From Cycas panzhihuaensis (taxonomy: Eukaryota > Plantae > Cycadophyta), in NCBI GenBank assembly GCA_023213395.1, contig CM041465.1:44151741-44215740 (forward strand): DNA of 64,000 nucleotides. The letters are read 5' to 3'. The position numbers and the translations under genes were made by a program. Positions within the stretch are counted from its first letter, which is position 1, and each line of letters starts with the position of its first letter. The notes under the pieces are model-generated. The model saw only the letters and a program-made list of their open reading frames with translations, was not told the origin of the DNA and searched no databases. Shown here in pieces: positions 36,141-51,622 of this stretch.

Positions 36141-39100
36141 TGAAAGCAAATGTCATGATCCCATATTGAATTCTTCTCTTAGGATTAGAATGATGCCTTT
36201 ACAAGCAAAAATAATCACCAAATACTTAATGCACATACCTAATTGCTATACTATTGTTAATTACCAATACTTTATATAATGGAAACAATCTCATTAAATA
36301 TGTTAAACACTTTGTAATTGTTACATGGGTATAAGCATTACACTTGAATCCCTTTGTAGGTGTCTTATGGAGGTCTTTTTTTAGCCCATAGTTTATACCC
36401 ATTATATTGTAAAATCACAAAGTGATATCTTGTAAAGTTGTATCTATATATTCTTATATAACAACACATGTAAAAGGTTGGATAAGTCTTTGATGAGTCG
36501 ATGAGAAGAGTTGAGGTTTTCACCTTTGTAATTCTTTATTTCTTACTCAGATTAATAAAAAGGTCTATGCTTAGACCTGAATCTCCTGGTGTTCTTTGTT
36601 ATATACTTGGTTTGTTTATGCTATTTGTTCTTTACATGGTTTAGAGTCTAATTAATACATTGTTTCTGTGATTATATTTTCTCTTTATTTGGTATCAAAG
36701 CTAAAGGTTTTAGTTCTATGGGAATCTATTTAGTGAGTGAAAACCTTATTTGGTAAACTTGAGTGTGAAAATCATGGCAAGTACTACAAAGATACAAATT
36801 GAAAAGTTCAATGACTAGAACTTTAAGTTGTGGAAGCTAAAGATGGAAGATGTACTCGTCGAGAAGGATCAATGGATCATTGTAGTAGGAACACAACCTG
36901 TAAATATAGTTGATGAAGACTAGAACAAGCTTGATAAAAAAGTAATCAGTTTAATAAGGCTATATCTTTCAAATACGATGTAGTTGAACATTACCACAAA
37001 GTCTACGGCCAATGATCTATGAAAGAAGTTAGGGGCTTTAAATCAGATTAAGTCCCTAGTTAATAAGTTATTTCTTCGAAAGAAACTACATTCAATCAAG
37101 ATGAGTGATGGAGATATAGTTGTAGATCATCTCACTACATTTAACGCTATGGTAAGTTAACTTATTTCTGTTGGGGTAATAATATCTGAAGAAGATATAA
37201 AGTATATTACCATATTCTATTCGCTTCCTAATTTCTAGGATAATTTCATGATGATGATTAGCAGCACAACTACTACCATCCTAAAATTTGATGATGTTAT
37301 TACCACCCTGTTGTCAGAAGAGACAAGGCAAAAATCTTCTAAGGATCATTCAAAAAAAGCATTAGTAGTGAGATGTTAAATGTTAAAGTGCGGCCAACAA
37401 AGACCTAAAAGCAGATAGCCAAAATCTATAGGAAAATCCAAATCTCCAGATAGAGGCCCCTTAATATATTAGAGATGTGGGAAGCCTAGCCATATGAAAG
37501 GCTAGTGTCGAGTCAAGGTTGATAAGGGAAAGTCACCTGAAACTACTTCTTCCATGGTAGCAAAAGCCTCTGGTAAAGCCGACGGCACCATTTATTTGGC
37601 AACCTTAGGTAAGTTATCAAATGTTGAGTCTTGGTTAATTAACTCTGGTGCTTCACTTTATGTTACTCCCCATAGGGAGGGGTTTTGTAAATATAAAAGT
37701 ATTAATGGAGGTAAAGTATTTCCTGGTAATGATTACCCATATAAAATTATAGGTCATGGAAGGGTGAAGGTTCGATTTAGGGATGGAAGGGTTAAAACTA
37801 TCCCTGATGTAAGTCATATTCCTAGTTTCGCTATAAGTCTATTATCTATTAGTTAATTGGGTGATGCAAGAATAGAAGTGATTTTCAATAAAGACAATTA
37901 TATAATGGTTCGAAAAGCATTGGTATTAGTAAGAGAGGTTTGATTTTGAATATTATACAAGCTTGATGCAAGCATAGTGTGTGCTAGCAATTGTAATCTA
38001 GCTATTACAAAAAGTAGCAATAATGTAGGTGGGACCCAATTATCACTTGCTAATAAAACAATATTGTGGCATCAAAGGTTGGGCCACATTGAAAAGAAAG
38101 GCCTCCACAATTTATTCTCCAAAGGTATGGCAGAAAATATTTCTAGAATTAATGGCTCATTTGATTTTGATTTCTATGAGCATTATGTGTATGGCAAACA
38201 AAATCAAGTTAGTTTTCCTTCAAGCTTGAAGAGAGCAAAGGGTATTTTATAATTAGTGCATAACAATGTTTTTGGACATGTCGATGCACCCTCATTGGTT
38301 GGGTCTAAATACTTTGTCTCATTTATAGATGATTTCTCAAGAAATATATGGTTGTACTTTCTCATGTAGAAATCTGAGGTCTTCAGTAAATTCAAAGAAT
38401 TCAATGTTTTGATCAAGAATCAAAGTGACAAGGAGATCAAGGTACTAAGGACTGATAATAGAGGTGAGTTTTGCCCAAAGGAGTTTGAGCAATTATGTAA
38501 GCAATACGAGATAGCAAGGCATAAGATAATTCCTTATACACCATAATAGAATGGAGTTGTTAAAAGGATGAATAGGACCTTATTAGAGATCTCAAGGAGC
38601 ATACTCACTACTACTAGTTTAGAGAAGAAATTGTAGGCTGAGGTTGTGATGACTATAAGCTACCTAATAAATAGATCATTGACAATTACCTTAGTGTACA
38701 AAACACCTGAAGAAGTGTGGTTTGGTAAGAAACCATCTCTTGGTCATCATAGAGTTTTTGGTTGTGAAGCTTTTGTGTATGTTCCTAAATTGAATAGGAA
38801 GGACCAACTATAAAGCACAAAAGACTATTTTCATTGGCCATGGTGATGGTATTAAAGGGTACAAGTTTTATAATGTTTAAACACATAAAGTTGTCTATAG
38901 TCATAATGTTGTCTTTAGAGAGGATTTCAAATCTCTAAAGTAGGATGAAGAACCAAAGGAAGAAGACTCTAAAAAGGTATAATTTAAGATAAGGGATAAA
39001 GATTCTGCATCAGAATATGAGTCAGCTAAAGAGGAAGGACCAACTATATAAGTAGTTCAACCTCAAGAACCTCCATTTTGAGGAGATCAACTCGTAAGAG

Positions 39101-41167
39101 AAGGCAACCTGATAGGTATATTCTTAAATATTTTCGTCCCTCCTCTTTTGTTTTATCTACTACAGATGATGATCCAGGTACTGTTTATGAGGCTTTAGAG
39201 TTAAAAGAGAGCCAACTCTAGATTAAGGCTATAGAAGAAGAAATGATGGCCTTTGATAAAAATAACACATGGGATTTAGTGGATCTACCTGATGGTAGAA
39301 AACTTATTGATAACAAATGGATCTTCAAGAAGAAATTCTAGCCAAATAGTAATGTGGAAAAGTATAAGGCTCACTTATTAGTAAAGGGCTATTCCCAAGT
39401 TAAGGGAATAGATTTTAGTGAGGTATTGTCTCTTGTTATAAAAGTAATTTCAATTAGATTTTTGTTAGACGTAGAAACTGCCTATGACCTTGAGATGGAT
39501 CAAATGGATGTGAAAAATACATTTCTTCATTGTGACCTTGAGGAAGAAATTTATATGTTACACCCTAAAGGGTTTGAAGTTATAAGGAAGGAGAATATGG
39601 TGTGTAGGTTAAAGAAGTCAGTATATGGCTTAAAACAATAACCGAGGATATGGTGTCAGAAGTTTGATTGATATATGTTAGCTAATGGATTTGTACGTAA
39701 TAAAGTAGATCATTGTGTCTATTATAAACAAGTTGGTAATCACTTTGTTATTCTAGGTTTATATGTTGATAATATACTTTTAGTTGGTAACAATAAAGAA
39801 ATAAACCAACTTGTGAAAGGCCAACTAGCATCTCATTTTGAGATGAAGGACCACAGTGCTACATATTTTATTTTAGATATTGAGATTAAAAGAGATAGAA
39901 GAAATATAAAGATTTAACTTAGCCAAAAGCGGTACATTAAGATGATACTACAACAGTTTAGGTTGCATGATAGAAAATAAGTTAATGTTCCTCTTCTTAT
40001 TGGTTTAAAATTATCAATTGAACAATCCCCAAAGACTCACTAAGAAGTTAAAGATATAACATTTGTCACTTATACTAGTGTTGTTGGTAGTGTAGCGAGT
40101 CCTTTACCCAATTGGACAGAAAATAGAGCAGAGTAGGGCGAATTCACAAACACAAAACACTAATAGAGAAAAAGTCCACAAATGCTAAAACCAAATAGAG
40201 TGAATTCACAAATGGCAAACACCTCTTAATCCAAAATTATATCTCCAATTATAGGTTAAATACAAAATACGATACCAAAATGTACAAAATATAAGTAGAG
40301 TTCCTACAGAGTACCTGTACTGCCTACAACAATCACCAAACCCTTCGACGCAGGGATCCTCCCAGAATTTGCAGCCCTAAGGCCAAAAATTTGCACTTGC
40401 CTTAAGGCCAAAAATGAAGAGGACAAAGCTTCACAAATGGATAATTTCGAATGATACTCAAAGTCCCTATATATAGATGCATAAACTAGGACAAAATGAA
40501 GTCAGCCAGAGCAGGGAGGAGTGCACCCAACATAATCATGAGAAGTCAGCCACAGCTTCTCAAAAACTTGGCAGGCCATCTTTAAATGGTTATAACTTTT
40601 GATAGGTATGTCAGAATTGACTTTCGTTTGAACCGTTGGAATCATCGTTCAGAGGACTTTCATTTGAATGTTCATATGATATACCTTTTGACCATATTTT
40701 GGAGTGCTACAGGTAGCCTAATGTATGTGATGATTTACACTCGACTAAACATTACTCCATGTAGTAGGAGTAGTTAGTAGGTATATATCAAACCTAGCCA
40801 AGGAGCATTGGGTGGTTGTGAAAAGGATTTTCAGTTATCTGTGAGGTACATCAAACTATGGAATTTGCTACCAAGGATATCTGATGGAGAGTAGAACAGT
40901 GAACATGTGAGGATTTGTTGATGTTAATTGGGCCGAAGATCTTGACAGTAGAAGATCTATAAGTAGGTATGTTTTCACCCTTTGTGGCAGTGCAATTAGC
41001 TAGATGAGCAAAAGATAGTAAGTTGTAGCACTTTCTAGCACAGAAGCTAAGTATATGGCAGCTACTCATGCGTGCAAGAAAGTGATTTGGTTACAAAGAT
41101 TATGCACAGATATTGGCTTCAAGCATAATGTTGTGAGGATAGATTATGATAGTCAAAGTGCAATATA
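36141..41167 (+). mobile_element. Decayed Tnt1/Tork-like copia, 3'-truncated; 5' LTR ~36141-36687
   Basis: PBS TGGTATCAAAGC at 36690. Gag MASTTKIQIEKFND*NFKLWKLKMEDVL from 36774, then WLINSGAS, LWHQRLGH, RT (YKAHLLVKGYSQ, LYVDN) and RNase H ending at DSQSAI. Confidence 0.9.
40091..40711. mobile_element. Solo LTR, TSD GGTAG
   Basis: TGTAGC...GCTACA flanked by GGTAG, splitting the copia RT motif VG|SLMY. Confidence 0.92.
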
Positions 41168-43084
41168 AAATTAAATACTTTAGGTGAGATAATACTAGGG
41201 TATACTATAACCCTAGTATAATCTTAATGTAAAATGAAGAAGTCTTAAATGCAAATTTCCTTCTAAAAAAATTCTAGACATAGGAGATCCTAATTACAAA
41301 AATAATATTATTCAACAAATTAAAGACCAAGTCTCACAAACACCGAAACATTTAAAGCAATAATCCTTAGCATCATTTAAAGATCCAATGAGTTCTATAA
41401 GTAGCACCAACATAAAATTTAATTACAACAAAAATATCATACTAGTAAATCTATAATACATACACCATAAAAACCCATTATTTCAAATGAATCCCATAGG
41501 AAGTCATATAAGAATCATAGGAGCTATTGTTAGGGATAACATTGCAGGTACCCATGGGAATTAGGTAGGAGCCATAAGATGTAATATAGGTAGTAATATA
41601 TAAGGAAAATAGATTCTAAGAGGTAAGCTTTGTACAAGTCTATGATGGCCTAAATCATGAAAAAAAATGTCAAGGGAGGCAATTTTATTTTTTTAGAAAT
41701 TTTCAAGAAATTTAAAGGAATTGCACAAATCTTTAATATTTACCCTTTAGCCTCCAAGCATTTTGCAAGTGGTCACATGGAAAAAATACAATCATCATGA
41801 CCTAAAATAATAAGGTGCTAGGTGAATTTCCACCTCAATTTTTTTTTTAATAGTATATTGTTACTATTTTAATAATAACTTTTACATATAATATTAGAAT
41901 TGAGAACTATTTAAATCGTTAAAAACTAAATCCAAACACCTTTGAAAAAACTAGTCACATGATATCCTTTTGATGAAAATGTGATAGAGAATTCAATGAA
42001 TGAATTTGAATGATGTGAAAATAATAATTTTATCAGTTCATTTTTAAAAAATTGAATGCATATTTTTACTTGATTTAATAATTAGAAGGTCCCCTGATGT
42101 ATTTCAAAGATTGTAGGTGAATATTTTGGGTGAAATTTAATAAAAAATAAAGAAAATTTTCTAGCTTATTTTAAAATTCATATGTATTTCAGCACTTTTA
42201 AGAATTTATTTTTGATATGACGGAGAGATAATGGATGATTATTTACATGTTGGGATGTTGATATGAAATCTCCCAAGAAAAAGAAAGAAAAATAATGAAG
42301 TGAATGGCTATCACAATTTAATGAAAAGTTGATGAAAATAATGAATTCAATCACTCGATATGATTAAATGAAAAAAACAACAAAAGTACAATAAGTGAAC
42401 CATCTTGATATGAGTTTATAGGCTAAGACCTAATGAGAGACATCACTTGGTATCATACTAAATAAGAGGAAAAGTCTTATATAATAATTGGAGAGTTAAG
42501 AGGTTGGCAATAAAAATTATATGTAAACCATAAATTCAAAGTAGTTAAGGGTAAGCAATAAACCTAAGCAATGGTTAAAAATGAACTAAAACCTTGAGTT
42601 CCTATGTAGAATTACTAATAGAGGTAGTATACTAGTGAAGTGTATAGAATCACCAATTGAGGTAGTATGATAGGATGCAAAGTCATTGATTAAGGCAATG
42701 CCACATTAATTGAGTTTGGTTCTTAAGAAAGATATAGAAAGAATGGGTTGAAAGATTCTCTTGTTACCTCATAAATGATTTGTTATGAAATAGTTTAATG
42801 GCCTACTAGTAAATATTATTATTTTGAAGAGTGGATAAGCTTGTTTATTTAGCTTATAAGTGGAAGATATGGAGATGGATACTTCATATGATATGATGAG
42901 TTATAAATCACGTTTGATTGATGATGTTTGATTATAGATAATGATATGATATTTTCTTAGAGGATGACAAGTAATAAAGATAATGATTAAATGAAGTTTG
43001 TAGGTGATTCAAGGAGGAAGGGATGAACAAGTTATCCAACATGATTCCTTTTTTAAGACAATTGTAATATTTTATAAACTAAAC

Positions 43085-43760
43085 ATTATAAGGGAGTGTT
43101 GAAGATAATGTTTAATTAATGATGGTCAAATTATGGATATGAGAGAGCCAAGTTGTTATTAAAGAATTTACTAATATAAAGGTTCTCACATATGATCTTA
43201 TTAATTGATAAACGATAATGATGAGGTAACATAAGTCTATATAAAGGAAAGTATATTAAATGACAAATTAGATAATTTAGTTCTCCTTGTGAGACCAATG
43301 ACTTGTGGATATATTGTTTATCATTCATTAATAATATCTCATACATCATTTGGAAAGCATTTTCTTCCATTCGTATTTTCCATATAAATCTTGTATTACA
43401 TATTGATTACATATTTGATTCATTAGATGTGCTTATCATATTATTAATCAATCATGTAATTTCATTTGTACTTTCATATATATTTTGCCACACATATACA
43501 TTGACATATCCTACTTAAACAAATAATATAAATTGTAATATGGTATTAGATCATGTGCTAGAATGTTAATATATCACTAATATATTGTAACATTGTATAG
43601 ATTTACATTATGATAAGTGTATTTAATAAAGGGAATCACTTATTCTATAATGAAGGGTTTCATAACCCTCTATATTAGCCTTCATTCTTAAGTTAGTCTC
43701 AAACTTTTATAAAGTAGTTATTATTCTTTCCAAGTGCTTTTAGAGAGCACAAGGACAACA
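43085..43760 (+). mobile_element. Old PPT + 3' LTR, resembling the junction at 1741-1770
   Basis: AACATTATAAGGGAG|TGTTGAAGATAATG versus AACATTATGGGGGGG|TGTTGGAATAATG. The right boundary (ACAACA) is uncertain. Confidence 0.45.
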
Positions 43761-44099
43761 TGTGATAGGTACGAGAGATCATATTGGGAAAAATTGGTCC
43801 AAAATTACATATTCTTAGGAAATTTTATTCAGTATTAAATTTATTGTATATAAAAGTATGTTAAGATAGCTAAATAGCTAAGGAGGCACTATAACTAGCT
43901 ATTTAGAGCTCAAAGCATATAGGAGGAGTTGGTTGAACTTTCCTAAGAGAAAAGAAGGAGCCAACCTAGGCCTTAAACAAATTTATCTAAATTTGAAATC
44001 TCAACCTATAAGAGGTAGAGCTAGAGGAAGCCCAAGCTAAGCATACTAGCAATATATATAAAGAGATAAAGACCTTAGAGAAAAACACCACAAGGGAGA

Positions 44100-45500
44100 C
44101 TAGAAAGATATGCCCTAAATTAAAAATGACCCATTGAATCCAAAAGGGATCTTGATTACTATCTATGATAAGGCTTGCGATGCTGACCCCAGGTTCATAA
44201 GAGATGTGTTATTACTTTGGGTGACACCTATAAATTTTAGATGATCAAATTCAAGTACTCTATAAAAGGCTAATAATGAGTAGGAAGTAAGTATTGATAT
44301 AGGTTAAAGTAGGATGGAGAGGTAAAACCTATAACAAGAATGCAAATTATAAGGTAAATGTAGCAAATGGTTAGGTTTTAACAAGGTTTATGAAATGGCA
44401 CTTCATCAGAGGTAGGGCGTTAGATAAATGCTCAAATATTAAAAATTGGGGAGGAAGAACTTTGTAAGAAGGTAGATCCATAAAGAGAGCCTTAAGACAC
44501 ATGGTGAGATTATATAAGATATGGGGAAATAATCCTCATAAATATAGTCCTTACAAAAAGTCACCTTATAGGTGAGAGGAGTAAAGAATAATAATTACGA
44601 GGAAGAAGTTTACAAAGTAATAGTGAGCAAATAAAGCCATAGCCACTAAATTGAGGTATACATATCATCATCTATAAGGTTTTTTAACATAGTTCTTTGT
44701 TTGATTTTGACTACAAGAAATATATAGAAAACCGTAATAAGTCATAAAGTAACTCTTCACAAGGAGAGTTATTAGTCACACATGTAGGGCTTACAAACCA
44801 CTAAGTTTTCACTTTATATAAAAAGGACTAGTGAGAAGAATGAATCACAACCATTTAGTGAAGGCCACATGGCACCACATAAAGCACTTTGTAGATAATG
44901 AGTTTGTGGCCTTAGTAAAAGGTAATTTTGACTATAACTTATATAAATTAGCAAGGGGTTGAGTCGTGAAAGCATTCAAAAGGATCCATAATAGCTCACC
45001 CTTTATGACTTTGCTAAATAATAAGAGTTGTAAAGGGCCTATTCCAATATCAGAGTCTCATAAGTCATGAGGGTAAAAAATGTAATGACACTTAAACTAC
45101 ATTAATATTTAAATATTCCAAGGTACTAGAAACTCTATTAAAGCCCAAGTATGTAAAGATCATGGGCTTAGCGAGCTTTCAACTGGCATGATTTGATCTA
45201 CCTTCCCTTATGTTATTTATCACTTGTTATAAATTTTATTTGTTAAGAGCAAAGAGATTACTAGCACATAGTGCTTTGAAGGTGAAAGAAGAGAAACTTC
45301 TCAATAATTCTTATGCTCAAATTTTAAGTATTATACAAACATATTGATCATCAATGGTATAAACAAGTAAAGAAAGGAGACTACTAGTGAGTAGGGAGCT
45401 CTAATATATCAAGAAAGCATCTCATGTGATGTTATAACTACTTCCACTTCCTGATAGGTGGTTACAAAGAATCTCAGCTTTGATTTATAAGGAGAAAGTA
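44100..45500 (-). pseudogene. Highly degraded gypsy (Tat/Athila-like) integrase relic
   Basis: Minus-strand remnants resembling PFHTWGLD (SLHTWAL) and YFTKWVEAI (AFTKWL*FI). Confidence 0.4.
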
Positions 45501-45927
45501 AGAAGTCCCTTAAGGCCTATAAAAAGGATAAGTAAAGAAGAAAGAGGGACTGATTTAGAATTTATTGGGCATATATTCGAATTTTTAATTCTCTCTAATT
45601 CCTTGTTAGAATGTATTCATCATACATAGCAAAAGCATATCAATGAAGTATAATAAATCATAATGTTTCATAAAGATATATATACACAAATCATGTAATG
45701 TGACATAAATATATAAAGTAATATCATGAATCATAAAGTAATAAACATAACCATAATCAACAAGAAGCATACACCATAAGAGATAATAGATTTACATGTA
45801 GAAAATCTAGCATGGTAAAAACCATGAGAAAATATTAGAGTTGGGAGCTCCTCCTTATGATATCAAATAATTACATCTCCAAGTTAATCTTTCTTTCTCA
45901 AGTTCTTAAGTGGTTTATATACATATT

Positions 45928-48900
45928 TGTTTAGGAACATGAAATCATACACAAATCTTCCCATTCGCAGAATCTTTAACCATATAGAGTAAGCAAACAA
46001 GAGTACACATAGAAAATAGATGCACAACACACAATATTTATATGGGAAAACCCTTTCGAAAAAAAACTCACTACACAAGGATCCTTAATAGATCACATTG
46101 ATTATTTCACAATGACTTGATACATTGAATACACAATGCCTCAAGGCTTTTATACTCTTCTAAGAGGTGTCACCCAATTAGGGTTGTGACCCTCTGAATA
46201 AGTTGTGCCTTTTCAATTAATCACCTTAGTTAAATCACATTAACATTAACAAGATGGCTTAATAATTAACTGCCACATTAACATCCCCCCTTAATGTGAA
46301 TGTGGGGAGCATGCCAACTACAACAGTTGTGTTATCATGAAGGCTGGGACTATCTTACAGCTTGTTTATCCTTGTCGATACATCCCCCCTCAAGGATAAC
46401 ATTAGTGAATCCTAGCCCGGTACACATCTTCATGAATTAATCTTCAATAAGTGGCTTGGTAAATACGTCCACAAGTTGGAATTCAATAAGATAATAGTAG
46501 ACCTACAACTTCTCTAATTTGATTTATTCATGAATGTAATGGTATTGAATCTCGATATGCTTCATACACGCATGAAACTTTGGATTCTTCAACAGGCGAA
46601 TGGTACTCTAATTATCAAAAAAGATAATCAGATGTCCATTAGAAACTCTAAGAGACCTTGCAACCATACGATTTCCTTCATACTAGCATTGAGTCCTTGA
46701 TATTCTACCTCTGTAGAAGATAGCATCACTGTCTGCTGCTTCTTTTACTGCCACGAAACAAATCCATTACCAACACCAAATAGGTATCTAAAGTGGACTT
46801 CTGATCGTTAAAGTCTTCTCCCCAATTAACATCTGTGTAGCCATGTAACTTTATCTCTTCACTTTGATGGTATTCAAGACCAAGATTGATTATCCCCTTC
46901 AAATACTTCAAAATTCGCTTCGCTGTAACTGAATGAGACTCCTAAGGATTTTGTATGTAGCAGAAACTAATCCAATAACATATATGATATTAGGTCTGGT
47001 ATGAGTCAAATAATCAAACTTCTTACCAACTAGTGATATTTTGTGCCATCTACATAGGGTTTGGTCATATCCTTCTCCAACTTTGTGCCTTTTACACATG
47101 GTGTTGTAACTAGTTTACAATTTTGCATTCCAAATTTCTCAAATAAGTTCTTCACATACTGAGACTGCAACAACACGATCCTATCATCCATCTACTTGAA
47201 CTGAATGCCCAAGAAGTAGTGAAGTCTCTTGAGGTTTGTCATGTTAATGAAACTCCTAAATTGGACTTGACTTTAGCAATAGCCTTAACACAATGACTTC
47301 CAGTAACTAAATCATCTACATACACCATGTAAGCAACTATTAAAGTCCCTCTTCTTTACACATATAGGTTTAAGTTGAGTTCTAAAATCTTAAAACCTTC
47401 AATTTTTAACTTAGCATCTATCTTTTCATACTAAGCATGAGGTGCTTGTTTCAAGTCATAGATTAACTTCTTTAAATAACAAACAAGATGCTCTTGGCTA
47501 TCCTTAACGAATCTTAGATGCTGCGGCATTTATATCTCCTCCTTTAGATATCCATTAAGGGATGTGGACTTGACATCCATCTAGTGTAACTCCCAATTGT
47601 AAGCAACTGCTAAGGAAATGGGCAATTAGATTGTTATCATTCTGGAGACTGGTGCAAATATCTCCTCAAAGTCAATTCCTTCGTTTTGCTTGATTCCCTA
47701 TATAACAAGTCTGGCCTTGTAGTTGTCCACCTCTCCATTAGAGAAGAACTTCATCTTATAGACCTACTTGTATCAAATAAGGTTCTTCGTCGAAGGGAGT
47801 GGAACCTAATCCCACTTATCATTCTTCAACAGAGAACTATACTCCTCCTCCATCGTAGCTCTCCATCATGGATCTCCTTTCATTTCATTGAACGAATCAG
47901 GGTCACCAGAGTCATTGGTGTCTACCGGTAGAGTTCGACTGGCATACTGACTTCTTATTCTTCGATCATTAGTTAAGATATGCATCACTACACCAGAACC
48001 TTCGAGAGTCTTCCTTTCCCATAAAGGTATTGAAGGCCCTGTTGCTAGAGGCACTTCATCTCATGACGACTCCTCACTGTTACTCATCCTACTTGGTCCT
48101 ACTTCCTCAGGTGCTCCAACGACTTGCTTATTGTCCTCTTCGCTTGATGAATCTGGGAATGGGAGAAGGGGGGGATAAAAAGGATCCTATGATGATATGT
48201 TAGTATGATATGTCGATAACTCATCAAATTTTACATCTCGACTAACCACAATTTTCTTCCGCTATGGATCCCATAGTTTGTAAGCTTTATTCTCATTATA
48301 ATACCCTATAGATATGCACTTCTGACTCTTCTAATTCAACTTCTTAAAGGTATCATTTATGATGTGGGCACGTGCAATACACCCAAACATTCTTAAATGG
48401 CTAATAATAGGCTTCTGACCAGTCGATTTCTCTTTGGGGGTCATGTTGCAAACTACCTAAGTGGGTACCAAGTTCAAAATATAAATAACAGTTGCCACAA
48501 CTTTTATCCAAAACTTGAGTGGTAGGTTTTTAACGTGCACCATACACCTCACCATCTCCATTATGGTATACTTCTTCCTTTTAGTAACTCCATTTTGTTG
48601 TGGGGCATATGGGATTGTAAATTACTACTTTATACTATGATCGTAGCACCATACACCTTGCCATCTCCATTATGGTACACTTCTTCCTTTTAGCAACTCC
48701 ATTTTGTTGTGGGGTATATGGGATTGTAAATTACTGCTTTATACCATGATCGTAGCAAAACTGATTGAATAGATGACTCCCATATTCCTTGCCATTATTA
48801 CTTCTTAAAATTTTTATTTTCTTATCACATTCATTTTCTATCATTACTTTCCAGTCATGGAAGTGATTAAATACACCTGACTTATTCTTGAGAAAGTAAA

Positions 48901-51622
48901 TCCAGGCCTTCCTAATGTAATCATCCATAAACACAAGGGTATACGGAGTTCCTGACATCGAAGGGTTAGGAAGAGGACCCATTATATCTAAATGTATAAG
49001 CTCCAGCTTCTCCTTGGCTCTCCAGGCATTTTCCCAAGCAAAAGAGTAGCAGTGACGCTTGCCATACATACACTCTTCGCAAATACCATCTGAGTAGGAA
49101 ACTGATAACAAGCCTTCCATAATTTTTAATCTCTTTAGTAGTGCAATGCTCTTGTAATTAAGATGTATGAGGCGATTGTGTCACAGTTTACTTACTTCAT
49201 CCATGCTTGCAACAAAGGCATAAGACTTCTTCTAAGATTGAAATATTTCAAACACCCAGAAGTTGTCCCTAACTTTCCCAGTAGCTATGATATCAAAGTT
49301 TTGTTTCAGATCCTTAATCAGACATTTATCATCATAGAGCTCTATCTTCATGCCTTGTTTGCAGATTTCTCAGGTTGAACAAAGGTTTAACTACATCTTG
49401 GGTACATAGTATACCCCGATAAACTTTCCTCCTATAATGGAAACTTCATCGATACCTTCCACTTGAAAGACGTGAGCATCCCCAAGGACAATCTTAACAC
49501 TACTCTAATTTTTAGTAAGAGATATACTTCTGTGCTCTAGAGTTAAGTACCCAATAATCTCTCCAATCCAATTCAGTTGACAAGGTCTGTGCTCTGATAC
49601 AATGAGTAGCAACACTCTTCCTTTTATCATCCTAGTTAACTTTACTCTTATCACGACACTTGAACTAATAATTCTTCTTGCAGTGACCAACCTTCTTGCA
49701 GTAATTACATTTTCCATTAAACTTCTTCTAATCTTGTGAACTTTCTCCTGACCTATGTGTGATCTTATACTCCTTAGCGACCTCCTTCCTCTAAGTTTTC
49801 ATGGCTAGGCTATAACTTAAATAAGAACCTCTAAGTATTCCATGATGTTTAAGCTTAGCATCCTCTACTAGAATTAGGTTTTTAAGCCCATCAAAGATTT
49901 TTGCTTCCATCACTTTGTCTCTACCATAAATAGTCTAGAAAGTAGCAAATATAGCTAGTAGCTTCGACGTGATTATTGCGAATAACAAGGCATCATCAGA
50001 TCAAGTTCTACTTCAGTTCTTCTAGCTTCTTCTTCAAATCTATTATTTTATTAAGGTAGGAGCTGATGTTGTTCTCATCTTCCACACGTGAATTGAGCAA
50101 CTCCAACATCAAGGCAAGACATATATTTATCTTCTTATTCTCAAATGTATCACATAGTTTTGTCCATATTTCGTCTAATTTGTCTAGATTATTAACCAAG
50201 GCTCTCTGGTTTGGTGTTAGTGACAATTTTAACAATCCTATGACCATAAATTTATTTCTTCGAGATGAACACACTCTTTATGGTCTAGTGGAATCATGTC
50301 CACCTTTGCCTTAGTGATACCCCAAAGTTGATTCGCCATCAAAATGAGCTTCATATTGGCCTTCCGCACACTAAAATTATTATTGTTGATGATAACCTTG
50401 GGCATAATGCACTCCATCTTGAGAAACAAGCTTCAATATAAATTAAACGATACTAAAAATGAATATCTTCCGAATAAAAAATACACTCCTATGTCCTCCT
50501 ATAGCTTAAGGGCACGCTTCAAAGGGCACCAAACACCAACTATACACGCATGGAGCAAGTCATTGATTGTTAAATCTATTATACAGTGTTGAAATAATAT
50601 ATAAGGCTCTCTAACAGGGCACACAACTAGTCCAACAATATTTTAATACATAGAAGAGGGCTCAAAATACGTGTTTAACCAAGGTGAGGAGTCACAATCC
50701 TAAATACGAAGCACTAAAACTCAAGAAAATAGTGGATGATACTTTATGCTACTATGTGCTCCATCTGATCTCAATATAGGGGGATGAAAACATTCCAAAA
50801 AGGTTCTAACCTCTCCTTTATATAGAATGAACGTAGGTGACACTAGAAAAAAGTTTTTTTTTTTTTTTTAATATAATGTTTTAAGTGAGAAAATGACCGA
50901 CTTACTTGTGTATATGGATGGTTGTCCTTATAGTCCCTGAATCACCATCAAACAGTGCTTTGTAAGCTTAAATCTTGGCAACAGGTCTTCAACTAGCTTT
51001 GAATAACCCCTAACAAGCCAACTCCAACCGCAAACGTGGGCTTCACGTTTGAATATTGACTCCAGTAAACCTTTATTCTCCTTTAAATAGTGATTTTCAT
51101 TGCTTCAACTGCTATTGATATATTGTGTCTGCTTCTATATATTGTTGGAGTTGATGGCCCCTTAAGATAAGTCCTCGGTTTGATGGCTTCACCTGGCAAC
51201 CAACGATCACACCGCTTTACTCAATGTCAGGCGTCAATTGTGTAGGATCCTACAGTTCTGATACCATGTCCAGGAGCATGAAATCATACATAAATGTTCC
51301 TATTTACAACATTTTTAACCATACATAGTAAGCAAAGAAGAGTACACATAGAAAATAGATGGACAATATACATGATTTACGTGGAAAAACCCTTTCAAGA
51401 AAAAACCCATCACAAAAGGATCCTTAATAGATCACATTGATTATTTCATAATGGCTTGATACATTGAATACACAATGCCTTAAGGTTTTTATACTCTTCC
51501 AAGAGGTGACACCTGATTAGGGTTGTGACCCTTCGAATAAGTCACACCTTTTTGCTTAATCACCTTAGTTAAACCACATTAACATTAACATAGTGGCTTA
51601 ATAATTAACTACCACGTTAACA
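45928..51622 (-). mobile_element. Full-length decayed Ty1/copia; LTRs 45928-46283 and 51267-51622; TSD ATATT
   Basis: PBS TGGTATCAGAAC (51255-51266) and PPT at 46284-46294. Gag ~50417, IN (CEECMYGK, LELIHLD, RSNNGKEY), RT and RH (GYTDVNWG). Confidence 0.96.
48537..48757. repeat. 109-bp tandem duplication inside integrase
   Basis: GCACCATACACC at 48537 and 48646. Confidence 0.93.
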
